DNA from: an uncultured Alphaproteobacteria bacterium
GTDB taxonomy: Bacteria > Pseudomonadota > Alphaproteobacteria > HIMB59 > GCA-002718135
Direction: 5' to 3'
DNA: 64,000 nt
NCBI GenBank assembly: GCA_902586695.1
Contig: CACIIL010000003.1
Coordinates: 1,639-65,638, forward strand
The position numbers and the translations under genes are program-made. This document shows, one piece after another, positions 26,900-34,568 of this stretch; within the stretch, counting starts at the first letter, position 1, and each line of letters opens with the position of its first letter. Under the pieces are notes generated by a model, which saw only the letters and a program-made list of their open reading frames with translations, was not told the origin of the DNA and made no database searches.

Positions 26900-27988
26900 T
26901 CAACCGCCAGCAACCATTTCAGCCCATTGAGCTTCCATGTAATCAGTTACTTCATCTGAAGGCATCACAGAGAACATTCCATTTGAAAGGTGTTCTGCAG
27001 GATTAGATGCTACTCCACGTTCAGCTAATTCATCAGCAGTAATTGTGCTAAAGCCTTTCATGTTTGAATGACCATAACCCCACTCACTTAGTAAGTAAGC
27101 AGAAGTTTCAGCACTCGTAGCTCCATTAATCATTGCATATGCTTTATCAAGGTTTGCACCTTTAACAATGGCAAGCCCACAAGCCCACGTCATTGTTCCA
27201 TTAGCAGGTTGCATCATTTTTGCTCCCGCATTCCATGCAATTTCGTTCCAACCAAGAGCTACATCTATTTCTTCGTTACCTAGCGCCTCTACCATTGAGG
27301 AAGTGTCTCCGAAGAATGCACGTATTTGTCCGTTATCTCTCATTTCACGAAACTTATTGATACCTTTATCAATAGCAGCTTTAGTTAATTGATCTTTTTC
27401 TCTGATATCAATTCCAAGATGATGCATCATTAAAAATAATGAGTCAGCAGCTGAGTCTAATATACCAACTTTACCTTTTACTCTTGGATCTTCCATTAGA
27501 TCAAAACTTTCATTGTCAGCATTCATCCATGGAATTCGATCAGCCATGTAAAATAAAGTTGTATCACCCCAATCGATAGGTGCAAAATAGTTTTGACCAT
27601 CAACAATACCGCTTGGCAGGTCTCTGACTTCAGGGAACATATCATCCCAATTATCTATACGAGAAGTGTCTAATGGTTCAAGCACTCCAGCTCTTACCCA
27701 TCGAGCTATTTCACCTTGGCATGGCCAAGCTAAATCCACTTCAAAACCAGCTTTTAATTTTTGTAATCCTTCTTCAGCATCACCAAATGTTGCGTATTCT
27801 GGTGATCCATGTTCTTCTACATAAGATCCAAATAGTCCATCATCATCATATCCACCCCATAGAAAAACACTTCCAGGCTCATCAGCAAAAACCTTTGATG
27901 TGGTAAATAATCCGGTTATAAAAACCATCAATATTGCCACACCTAAAGTTTTTACTAAATAATTTTTAGTTTCATAGTATTTAGGCAT
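26900..27988 (-). CDS. Periplasmic substrate-binding protein, PotD/PotF-like, transcribed separately and convergent to the permease/ATPase genes
   Basis: 362 aa. It has an N-terminal signal peptide (LGVAILMVFITGLFTTSKVFA/DE), an acidic W-rich mature part and a G5 SD-like tract 4 nt before the ATG. Confidence 0.8.
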   Translation of the reverse strand: MPKYYETKNYLVKTLGVAILMVFITGLFTTSKVFADEPGSVFLWGGYDDDGLFGSYVEEHGSPEYATFGDAEEGLQKLKAGFEVDLAWPCQGEIARWVRAGVLEPLDTSRIDNWDDMFPEVRDLPSGIVDGQNYFAPIDWGDTTLFYMADRIPWMNADNESFDLMEDPRVKGKVGILDSAADSLFLMMHHLGIDIREKDQLTKAAIDKGINKFREMRDNGQIRAFFGDTSSMVEALGNEEIDVALGWNEIAWNAGAKMMQPANGTMTWACGLAIVKGANLDKAYAMINGATSAETSAYLLSEWGYGHSNMKGFSTITADELAERGVASNPAEHLSNGMFSVMPSDEVTDYMEAQWAEMVAGG

Positions 27989-28003
27989 TTTACCCCCAAT
28001 AAA

Positions 28004-28023
28004 AATTAATTAATTAATTAATT
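28004..28023. repeat. (AATT)5 self-complementary tetranucleotide repeat in the binding-protein gene leader/promoter
   Basis: Read directly: aatt aatt aatt aatt aatt, ending 16 nt upstream of the ATG at 27988. Confidence 0.9.
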
Positions 28024-28071
28024 GCTACATGAACAATAATTTGAGAAAATTTCAATAAAAAATAGCAATTT

Positions 28072-29547
28072 TTATAAATTAGGTTTTAATTTATTATTTT
28101 GAAACCATGGTTCTATCTGCTCTAATTGATAGCCTGCTTGGAAAACGGGTATATCATCATAAGGCTTTCCAACTATTTGTACCCCAGTAGGCACGCCATT
28201 ACTAGCTATTCCTGAAGGGATTGATAATACTGGTAATCGACAGAGTATATTAAAAGGATAACACAAAGTCCATCCAAGATCGGGTGAATTTATTTCTTTT
28301 CCATTAATTACTATTTTATCTTTAAACAGATTAATATCTGCCCTAACGGCAGGTATTGATAATGTAGGACAAATAAATGCATCGTATTTGTGTATTATAG
28401 GTCCAAATTCTTCATACATTTTACCAGCTATTTTATTGCATTCATATAATGTCATGCCTAAATCAACACCCATACTAGGATGATTAATTTTTTTTCTTTC
28501 AACTAATGCTTTGTTAATAATTCTAGCAGTCAAGCCAACATCTCTTGCATAATCTGTCAGCTCCTCTTCATGCTCAGGTATTAATTCTGCAATAAAATTA
28601 GCAAAAAGATGGGCATAATAATTATAACAAGTATCCTCAAGTTCTTTTTTGTTCCAGTTTATTTTAACTTCTTCAACTTTTGCACCTAATTCTTTTAATT
28701 TATTAATTATATCGAGTGTATTTTTTTCTACCTCTTTATCAATTTCAAAAAAACCAAGATTCATTGAATAAGCTATTTTCCAATTTTTAATATTATCAAA
28801 TTTATTAGGGATATTTAATTTGGGTTTTAAACTAGTAATATCTTTAGGATGTGGTCCTGACATTACATTTTGCATTAGAGCACAATCTTTTACTGTTCTT
28901 GCCATTGGACCAACTACACAATATTGATCATGATTAAAAGGAGCTGCCTGAGGATTTCGACCATGAGGAGGTTTAAATCCAACTAGACCACAGGCAGAAG
29001 CAGGTATTCTTATTGAACCTCCAATATCAGAACCAGTTGCGAGAGTTGAACATCCAGCAGCTAGAGATGCACCTGAACCTCCTGATGAACCTCCAGGTGT
29101 ATATTCCAAATTCCATGGATTTCTTGTAACGCCCCACAATTTCGAATGAGTGAATGAGGTAGTGGAAAATTCAGGCGTAGTTGTTCTGCAATGAATAACT
29201 GCTCCAGAATTAATAATTCTTTCAACATCAACCATAGTTTTTTTTGCTATGCGATCTTTTAATATCAAAGAACCATTAGTATTTGGCTGACCTTCGATAT
29301 CCTCTTCATCTTTGATAGCAACAGGTATACCTTCTAGAGGGAGTGTTTTGGAGTTTGTAAAATATTTTTGTTCTGATTTTTTTGCATATTCAATCGCTTT
29401 TTCATAAAAAGTAAAGTTATGAGCATTTATTTTAGGATTAATCTTTTGCGATCTTTCAATTACAGAATTTACTAGTTCTACAGGAGATAATGACTTATTT
29501 TTAAATTTTTTAATTGCTTCAACAGCTGATATATAATGTAGATCCAT
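28072..29547 (-). CDS. Amidase-signature (AS) family amidase
   Basis: 491 aa with the GGSSGGSGASLAAG signature, GSDIGGSIRIPA and a conserved K in AIKDE. Confidence 0.85.
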   Translation of the reverse strand: MDLHYISAVEAIKKFKNKSLSPVELVNSVIERSQKINPKINAHNFTFYEKAIEYAKKSEQKYFTNSKTLPLEGIPVAIKDEEDIEGQPNTNGSLILKDRIAKKTMVDVERIINSGAVIHCRTTTPEFSTTSFTHSKLWGVTRNPWNLEYTPGGSSGGSGASLAAGCSTLATGSDIGGSIRIPASACGLVGFKPPHGRNPQAAPFNHDQYCVVGPMARTVKDCALMQNVMSGPHPKDITSLKPKLNIPNKFDNIKNWKIAYSMNLGFFEIDKEVEKNTLDIINKLKELGAKVEEVKINWNKKELEDTCYNYYAHLFANFIAELIPEHEEELTDYARDVGLTARIINKALVERKKINHPSMGVDLGMTLYECNKIAGKMYEEFGPIIHKYDAFICPTLSIPAVRADINLFKDKIVINGKEINSPDLGWTLCYPFNILCRLPVLSIPSGIASNGVPTGVQIVGKPYDDIPVFQAGYQLEQIEPWFQNNKLKPNL

Positions 29548-29567
29548 AGATATTGCTTTAATTTAAT

Positions 29568-29581
29568 TAAATAGACATTCA
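29568..29581. promoter_or_regulatory. Degenerate operator candidate TAAATAGACATTCA (site 4)
   Basis: 9 of 10 half-site positions match TGAAT-N4-ATTCA. It lies 20 nt upstream of the amidase ATG at 29547, in the divergent amidase/GS-like spacer. Confidence 0.4.
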
Positions 29582-29605
29582 ATTATTTTTTTCATATAAA
29601 TTTAT

Positions 29606-30991
29606 ATGACTTTTAAAAATAGCAAAGTTTTAATTGCTACAGCTGATGAATTTAATTCTTTTAAAGAAAAAAATCCTGAAATTAAATATATAGATGCTAT
29701 TTTAAGTGACTTATCAGGTGTTATTAGAGGTAAAAGATTGCCAATTAACGATGCTGAAAAACTATTTAAGTCAGGAATTCAATTTTGTTATTCAACATTT
29801 TTACTAGATGTAACTGGTTATTGTCCTGATGCCGCAGGGAGAGGTTTTACTGATGGAGATCCAGATGCAACTTATTTTCCTGTGGCTGGCACTTTAAAAA
29901 AAATGCCATGGCATAAAGATTCTTTGGGGCAAGTTTTAATTACAATTCAAGATGACTCACGTTACAGCTCTATAATAGATCCAAGAAATGTACTAGCTAG
30001 AGTTTTAGAAAGAATTGAAGATTTAAATTTACATTTTAAAGTTGCTTTTGAATTGGAATTTTATCTTTTTAAAAAAAGAAAAAATATTTCTGAAAAACCA
30101 GAACCGGCAATATCAAATGAAACTAATAAACAAAGTGAAGGAACTCAAGTTTATGGAATGCGAGAATTAGATGAATTTTATGATTTTTTAGAAGATGTTA
30201 ATGAATTTTGCAAAATACAAAATATTCCTGCATCTACAGCTTCATCTGAATTTGCTCCTGGACAATTTGAAATAAATTTAAATCATACAAATGATATTCT
30301 TAAAGCAGCAGATGAATCAGCATTACTAAGAAGAGTGATAAAAGAAACTGCAATTAAGCATGATTATGAAGCAAGTTTTATTTCTAAACCATTTATTGAA
30401 CAAACAGGTAGTGGCATGCATGTTCATATAAGTTTATTTAATGAAAAAAATCAAAATATTTTTTCTGGAGCTGAAGAAGAGGGAACTGAACAATTACATT
30501 ACGCAATCGGTGGTTTACAACAAACATTATATGATAATTTTTTGATTTTTGCTTCTAATGTAAATTCCTATAGGCGTTTTGAGCCTGATCAATTTGTTCC
30601 TGTTAACAATTCATGGGGACCAAATAATAGATCAGTGGCTTTTAGAATACCAAGAAGTGATGAAAAATCTAAAAGGATTGAACATAGAGTTGCAGGAGCT
30701 GAAGCTAATTCTTATTTAGTTCTTTCTGCTATTTTATCTGGGATTCATTATGGTCTTATTAATAAAATATCTCCTACAAAATTTAGGATTGATAATGCTT
30801 GTACTGACCCAGATCCTAATATGCCCAAATCTATTGAAAAAGCTATTCAATTATTTGAAGACTCAAAATTTTGTATTGATTATTATTCAAAAGAATATGT
30901 GACAATGTATTCTGATTTAAAAAGAAAAGAAATTGAATCTTTTCGTTCTGAAATTTCTGATATTGAATATAAGTGGTATCTTAATCTTTAA
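29606..30991 (+). CDS. Glutamine-synthetase-family protein, gamma-glutamyl-amine ligase type (PuuA/GmaS-like)
   Basis: 461 aa with the GS catalytic motifs EFAPGQFEINL, GSGMHVHISLF, NSYRRF and NRSVAFRIP. Confidence 0.75.
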   Translation: MTFKNSKVLIATADEFNSFKEKNPEIKYIDAILSDLSGVIRGKRLPINDAEKLFKSGIQFCYSTFLLDVTGYCPDAAGRGFTDGDPDATYFPVAGTLKKMPWHKDSLGQVLITIQDDSRYSSIIDPRNVLARVLERIEDLNLHFKVAFELEFYLFKKRKNISEKPEPAISNETNKQSEGTQVYGMRELDEFYDFLEDVNEFCKIQNIPASTASSEFAPGQFEINLNHTNDILKAADESALLRRVIKETAIKHDYEASFISKPFIEQTGSGMHVHISLFNEKNQNIFSGAEEEGTEQLHYAIGGLQQTLYDNFLIFASNVNSYRRFEPDQFVPVNNSWGPNNRSVAFRIPRSDEKSKRIEHRVAGAEANSYLVLSAILSGIHYGLINKISPTKFRIDNACTDPDPNMPKSIEKAIQLFEDSKFCIDYYSKEYVTMYSDLKRKEIESFRSEISDIEYKWYLNL

Positions 30992-31850
30992 TTTTACCAT
31001 CCAGTGTTAATATTTCATGATATAAATCAGTTCTTCTATCTCTAAAAAGTCCCCAATTTCTTCTAAATAAATGATCTTCTTCAGTATTAATTTCAGCAAC
31101 AATTATTTCTTCTTTATCCTTTGATGCCTCTTCTAATATCTTACCTGATCTATCACATATAAAAGATCTACCATAAAAACCATTTGTTTGACCTTTAACT
31201 GATTCTGAACCAATTCTATTTGAAGCAACAACAGGAATTATATTTGCAGCGGCATGACCTTGCATCACTCTTTGCCAAGCTCCAGAGCTATCATAATCAC
31301 TCATTAATTCATCACCTATAGCTGTCGGATAGAACAAAACTTCTGCTCCTTTTAAAGCCATTATTCTCGCCACTTCAGGAAACCATTGATCCCAACAAAT
31401 ACCTATACCAATTTTACCATAAGCTGTTTCCCAAACTTTAAAACCAGTATTACCAGGATTAAAATAATATTTTTCTAAATAACCTGCTCCATCAGGAATG
31501 TGTGATTTTCTATATTTGCCAAGAATTCTTCCATCAGCGTCAATCACTGCTATCGAATTAAAATATGCATTGTTATCTTTTTCAAAAAAGCTAATTGGAA
31601 GAACAACTTGATATTTTTTTGCGATTTCGCTCATTTTATTTAATAAGCTATTATTTTCAAAAGTTTGGGCTAATTTAAAAATTTCTTCATCATACTGTAT
31701 GCAAAAATAAGGAGTTTGAAATAATTCTTGTAATAAGATTATATTTGCACCTTCTTTCGCAGCTTTTTCGATTAAATGGATAGATTTTTTTATATTATTT
31801 TCAATTTTCCAATCACAACTCATTTGAGTCGCAGCTACTTTAATCTTCAT
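30981..31850 (-). CDS. aguB: N-carbamoylputrescine amidase
   Basis: Nitrilase-superfamily protein, colinear with AguB as I recall it: VAATQMSC, LLQELFQTPYFC, YFNSIAVIDADG, YRKSHIPDGAGY, IGICWDQWFPE, LFYPTAIG. Confidence 0.88.
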   Translation of the reverse strand: MKIKVAATQMSCDWKIENNIKKSIHLIEKAAKEGANIILLQELFQTPYFCIQYDEEIFKLAQTFENNSLLNKMSEIAKKYQVVLPISFFEKDNNAYFNSIAVIDADGRILGKYRKSHIPDGAGYLEKYYFNPGNTGFKVWETAYGKIGIGICWDQWFPEVARIMALKGAEVLFYPTAIGDELMSDYDSSGAWQRVMQGHAAANIIPVVASNRIGSESVKGQTNGFYGRSFICDRSGKILEEASKDKEEIIVAEINTEEDHLFRRNWGLFRDRRTDLYHEILTLDGKIKD

Positions 31851-32064
31851 TTTTTAATCTCTTTTTTTCTTCTAAATAGTTATTTAAACTTATAATTTTT
31901 TTACTTGCATTTGTTTGAAAAAATGCTGGTATTAGAGAGTGAATAAAAGCCATTATTGAAGCTTTTAATAAATCAAATGATATTTTTTGAGCTACATACA
32001 TATGTTGTAAATATGTTTCGTTTGCATCTGTACAGTGTTTCTTTGATTTTTTAAACAAATTCAT
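31840..32064 (-). CDS. Small conserved hypothetical protein (DUF6356-like), between aguA and aguB
   Basis: The listed ORF runs 31840..32100. I place the start at the internal Met (MNLFKKSKKH...), 2 nt after the aguA stop, which avoids a 34-nt overlap. The ETYLQHM...IHSLIPAFFQT pattern matches my recollection of DUF6356 proteins. Confidence 0.5.
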   Translation of the reverse strand: MNLFKKSKKHCTDANETYLQHMYVAQKISFDLLKASIMAFIHSLIPAFFQTNASKKIISLNNYLEEKKRLKNED

Positions 32065-32066
32065 TT

Positions 32067-33110
32067 CTAAATGCTTAATGGTTGTTGTTGGGTTATGCAA
32101 TGAATATTTCCACCACCAAGAGAAATATCTATTCCATTAATTGCTATAACTTTTCTGTTAGGAAAAACTGATTGAATAATATTTTGAGCATTTTTATCAT
32201 ATTTTTCATCATCAAAAATAGGCATTACTATTCCATTATTTACAATATAAAAATTTATATAAGAGCTTGGCTCATCATCATTAGGTATGAGCCTTTTATA
32301 AGACATTTCAATTTCTATAATTTCTAATGGATGTTCTTTTGCATCCCGAGATGTTTTTAATATTTCTAAATTTTCATTTATCTTTTCATAAAAAGGATCT
32401 TGTTTATCATGACAGGATAAGGCTAGAACTTTTGATTGATCAACAAAACACGCAATATTATCAATGTGCCCATCAGTCCCTTCATCAGTCCCATTTTTTA
32501 GCCAGATAATTTTTTTAATATTTAAATATTTTTTTATATTATCTTCTATTTCTTCTCTAGTTAATCCAGGGTTTCTGTTTTTATTCAATAAGCATTGTTC
32601 AGTTGTGATCAATGTACCCTCACCATCTACGTGAATTGATCCTCCTTCAAGTACCATAGATGATTTAAAATATGTTGCAGAACTTTTATCGATCATGAAT
32701 TTAGCAATTTTGTTATCAGAGTCATGTGGAGAAAATTTTCCCCATCCATTAAATTCCCAATCAACACCTCCTAATTTTTTTTGATCATTGATTAGAAATG
32801 TAGCCCCAGAATCTCTTGCCCAACAATCATCATTTTTAAACTCATAAATTTTTATAGAATTATCAAGAAGTTTTTTTGCAGTTTCTATATCTTTAGGGTG
32901 GACAATCATGTTTACTTTTTCAAAATTTGATATTGCTTTGGCAACTTCGGCCCATTTGTGTCTTCCTTTTTCAAAATCAAAATGAGACCAGCTTTCAATT
33001 TCTGTATATGAATTTTTATTTTCAAATTCATGAGGCCATTGCATCCAACAACATTCATGAGGATACCATTCTGGAGGCATAAAAAAATTAAATTTTTGAG
33101 GATATGACAT
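32067..33110 (-). CDS. aguA: Agmatine deiminase
   Basis: 347 aa with MPPEWYPHECCWMQWPH, WARDSGATF, GGSIHVDGEGT, TDGHIDN and the C-terminal GGGNIHCITQQQP catalytic Cys. Confidence 0.88.
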   Translation of the reverse strand: MSYPQKFNFFMPPEWYPHECCWMQWPHEFENKNSYTEIESWSHFDFEKGRHKWAEVAKAISNFEKVNMIVHPKDIETAKKLLDNSIKIYEFKNDDCWARDSGATFLINDQKKLGGVDWEFNGWGKFSPHDSDNKIAKFMIDKSSATYFKSSMVLEGGSIHVDGEGTLITTEQCLLNKNRNPGLTREEIEDNIKKYLNIKKIIWLKNGTDEGTDGHIDNIACFVDQSKVLALSCHDKQDPFYEKINENLEILKTSRDAKEHPLEIIEIEMSYKRLIPNDDEPSSYINFYIVNNGIVMPIFDDEKYDKNAQNIIQSVFPNRKVIAINGIDISLGGGNIHCITQQQPLSI

Positions 33111-33185
33111 TCAATAAGTTACGTTACAGTTTTTAGATTTTGTAAATGAGTAATCATCTTTGTACCTTTTTTATTTGGTAAAACA

Positions 33186-34524
33186 TTAATTTTTATCCAT
33201 ATATTTATAATAAGCTAAGACTAATTTTAAGTAAAATAATCTTAGTTTTGGAAAAGGGAATTTGCTTGGTAAACCTTTGTAAAGTTTTGATATATTCAAA
33301 TTCTTACTGTTCGATACTATTAATTTTGCAAGTTCATTACCTGACCAAGGAGCTGTGTTCACTCCGTTTGCTTGATAGCCAAAACTATAATATATTTCAT
33401 CATCTTCGATTTTACCTATTGAGGGTGAAAATTTAGTTGTTATTGCAATAAGACCTCTCCAATGAAAATCAATATTAACATTATTCCAGTTAGGGAAAAC
33501 CTTTTTCATTTGAAGTTCCATATTTTTAGATTTTTCTAATGAAGATTTTTCACTACCAACCAAATCACCTCTTGCTCCAAATAGAAATCTATTATCTTTT
33601 AATAACCTATAATAAAAAAGAAGATTTCTTATGTTTAAAACTGGATTATTTGTAATAAAATTATGAGATTTAATTTCTTCAGTAGTAAGCGGTCTTGTAA
33701 TAATAATATTTGATATTACTGGCAAAATCATATTATTAAGTTTTGGAAAGATATCATCTTTATAGAAACCATTAGTTGCCATAACAACTTTATTTGCTTT
33801 TATAATACTACCATTTGAAATTATTATAAATTTACCTTTAGATTTTTCAATTTTTATAACTTTACTTTTTTGAAAAATTTTAACTCCAGCATTCTTAGCT
33901 GCATTTGCAATACCTAATAAAAATTTTAATGGGTTAATTGCAAAACCAGGTTTATATGACATTGCTCCATACTGCTCAATACCTCCGTGACCTACTTCAT
34001 TAAATTCTTCTTTCGAAAAAAACTTTTGTTTCAATTCCAAATTCTTTTTTATATGTTTCAGCTGCTTTTTTTATCTCATCAAAATAATTTGGATGTGGAG
34101 CTACTTCATAGTTACTATCACCTGTTAAATCACAATCTATATTATATTCCTTAATTGTATTTTTTGTAAATTTTGAACCTTCAATAGTATTTTGAAAAAA
34201 CTTTTTCGTTTCATCTTTTCCATATTTGTTAAACATTTTTTTAACAGACATTTTTGCTGGTGGGATACAGCAGAATCCAGCATTTCTTCCTGAAGAACCC
34301 CAACCAATATGACCTGCTTCAAGTAATATTACATCCTCATTATATTTCTTCGCTAATGATAATGCACATGACAATCCAGTATAACCACCACCTATTACAA
34401 CCACATTTGCATTCATATCTTGATCTAGTGTTTTATATTTATTTTTTGTATCAATTGTGGATTCCCAATAACTATTTACTGGTTTTTCAAAATTATAAAT
34501 ATCATTGTGATATAAGTTAGACAT
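33186..34524 (-). pseudogene. FAD-dependent oxidoreductase (DAO family, PuuB-like), interrupted by a frameshift in an A7/T7 run
   Basis: The N-terminal fragment is 34000..34524 (VVVIGGGYTGLSCAL FAD fold). The C-terminal fragment is 33186..34040 and starts only at a TTG. The frames join inside the A7 run 34016..34022. Removing one base gives ...GIETKVFSKEEFNEVGHGG..., which is colinear with the intact paralogue at 37238..38554. Confidence 0.75.
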
Positions 34525-34543
34525 AAGTTAGTATAAATTTCAT

Positions 34544-34557
34544 TGAATGCTTATTCA
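34544..34557. promoter_or_regulatory. Palindromic operator candidate TGAATGCTTATTCA (site 3)
   Basis: TGAAT-gctt-ATTCA has perfect 5-bp arms. It lies 19 nt upstream of the minus-strand ATG at 34524 and 11 nt upstream of the Rieske ORF, centred in a 44-bp divergent spacer. Confidence 0.55.
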
Positions 34558-34568
34558 ATCAATATTAT

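Noticed and set aside
26900-27988. Horizontal acquisition of the less A/T-rich binding-protein gene.
   Set aside because: The proX fragment, BKACE, recA and other conserved or highly expressed genes show the same shift. No mobility genes or repeats flank the binding-protein gene. Expression and amino-acid-composition constraints are the simpler explanation.
31840-32100. The long form (86 aa) of the small ORF between aguA and aguB.
   Set aside because: The first 12 codons overlap the end of aguA by 34 nt. An in-frame Met 2 nt after the aguA stop gives a more parsimonious start, so the shorter form 31840..32064 was reported.
33143-33156. A possible fifth copy of the palindromic box (TAAATGAGTAATCA) upstream of aguA.
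   Set aside because: Only 8 of 10 half-site positions match, and the spacing to the ATG is 32 nt rather than 19-20 nt. In DNA this A/T-rich that is within chance expectation, so it is mentioned but not annotated.
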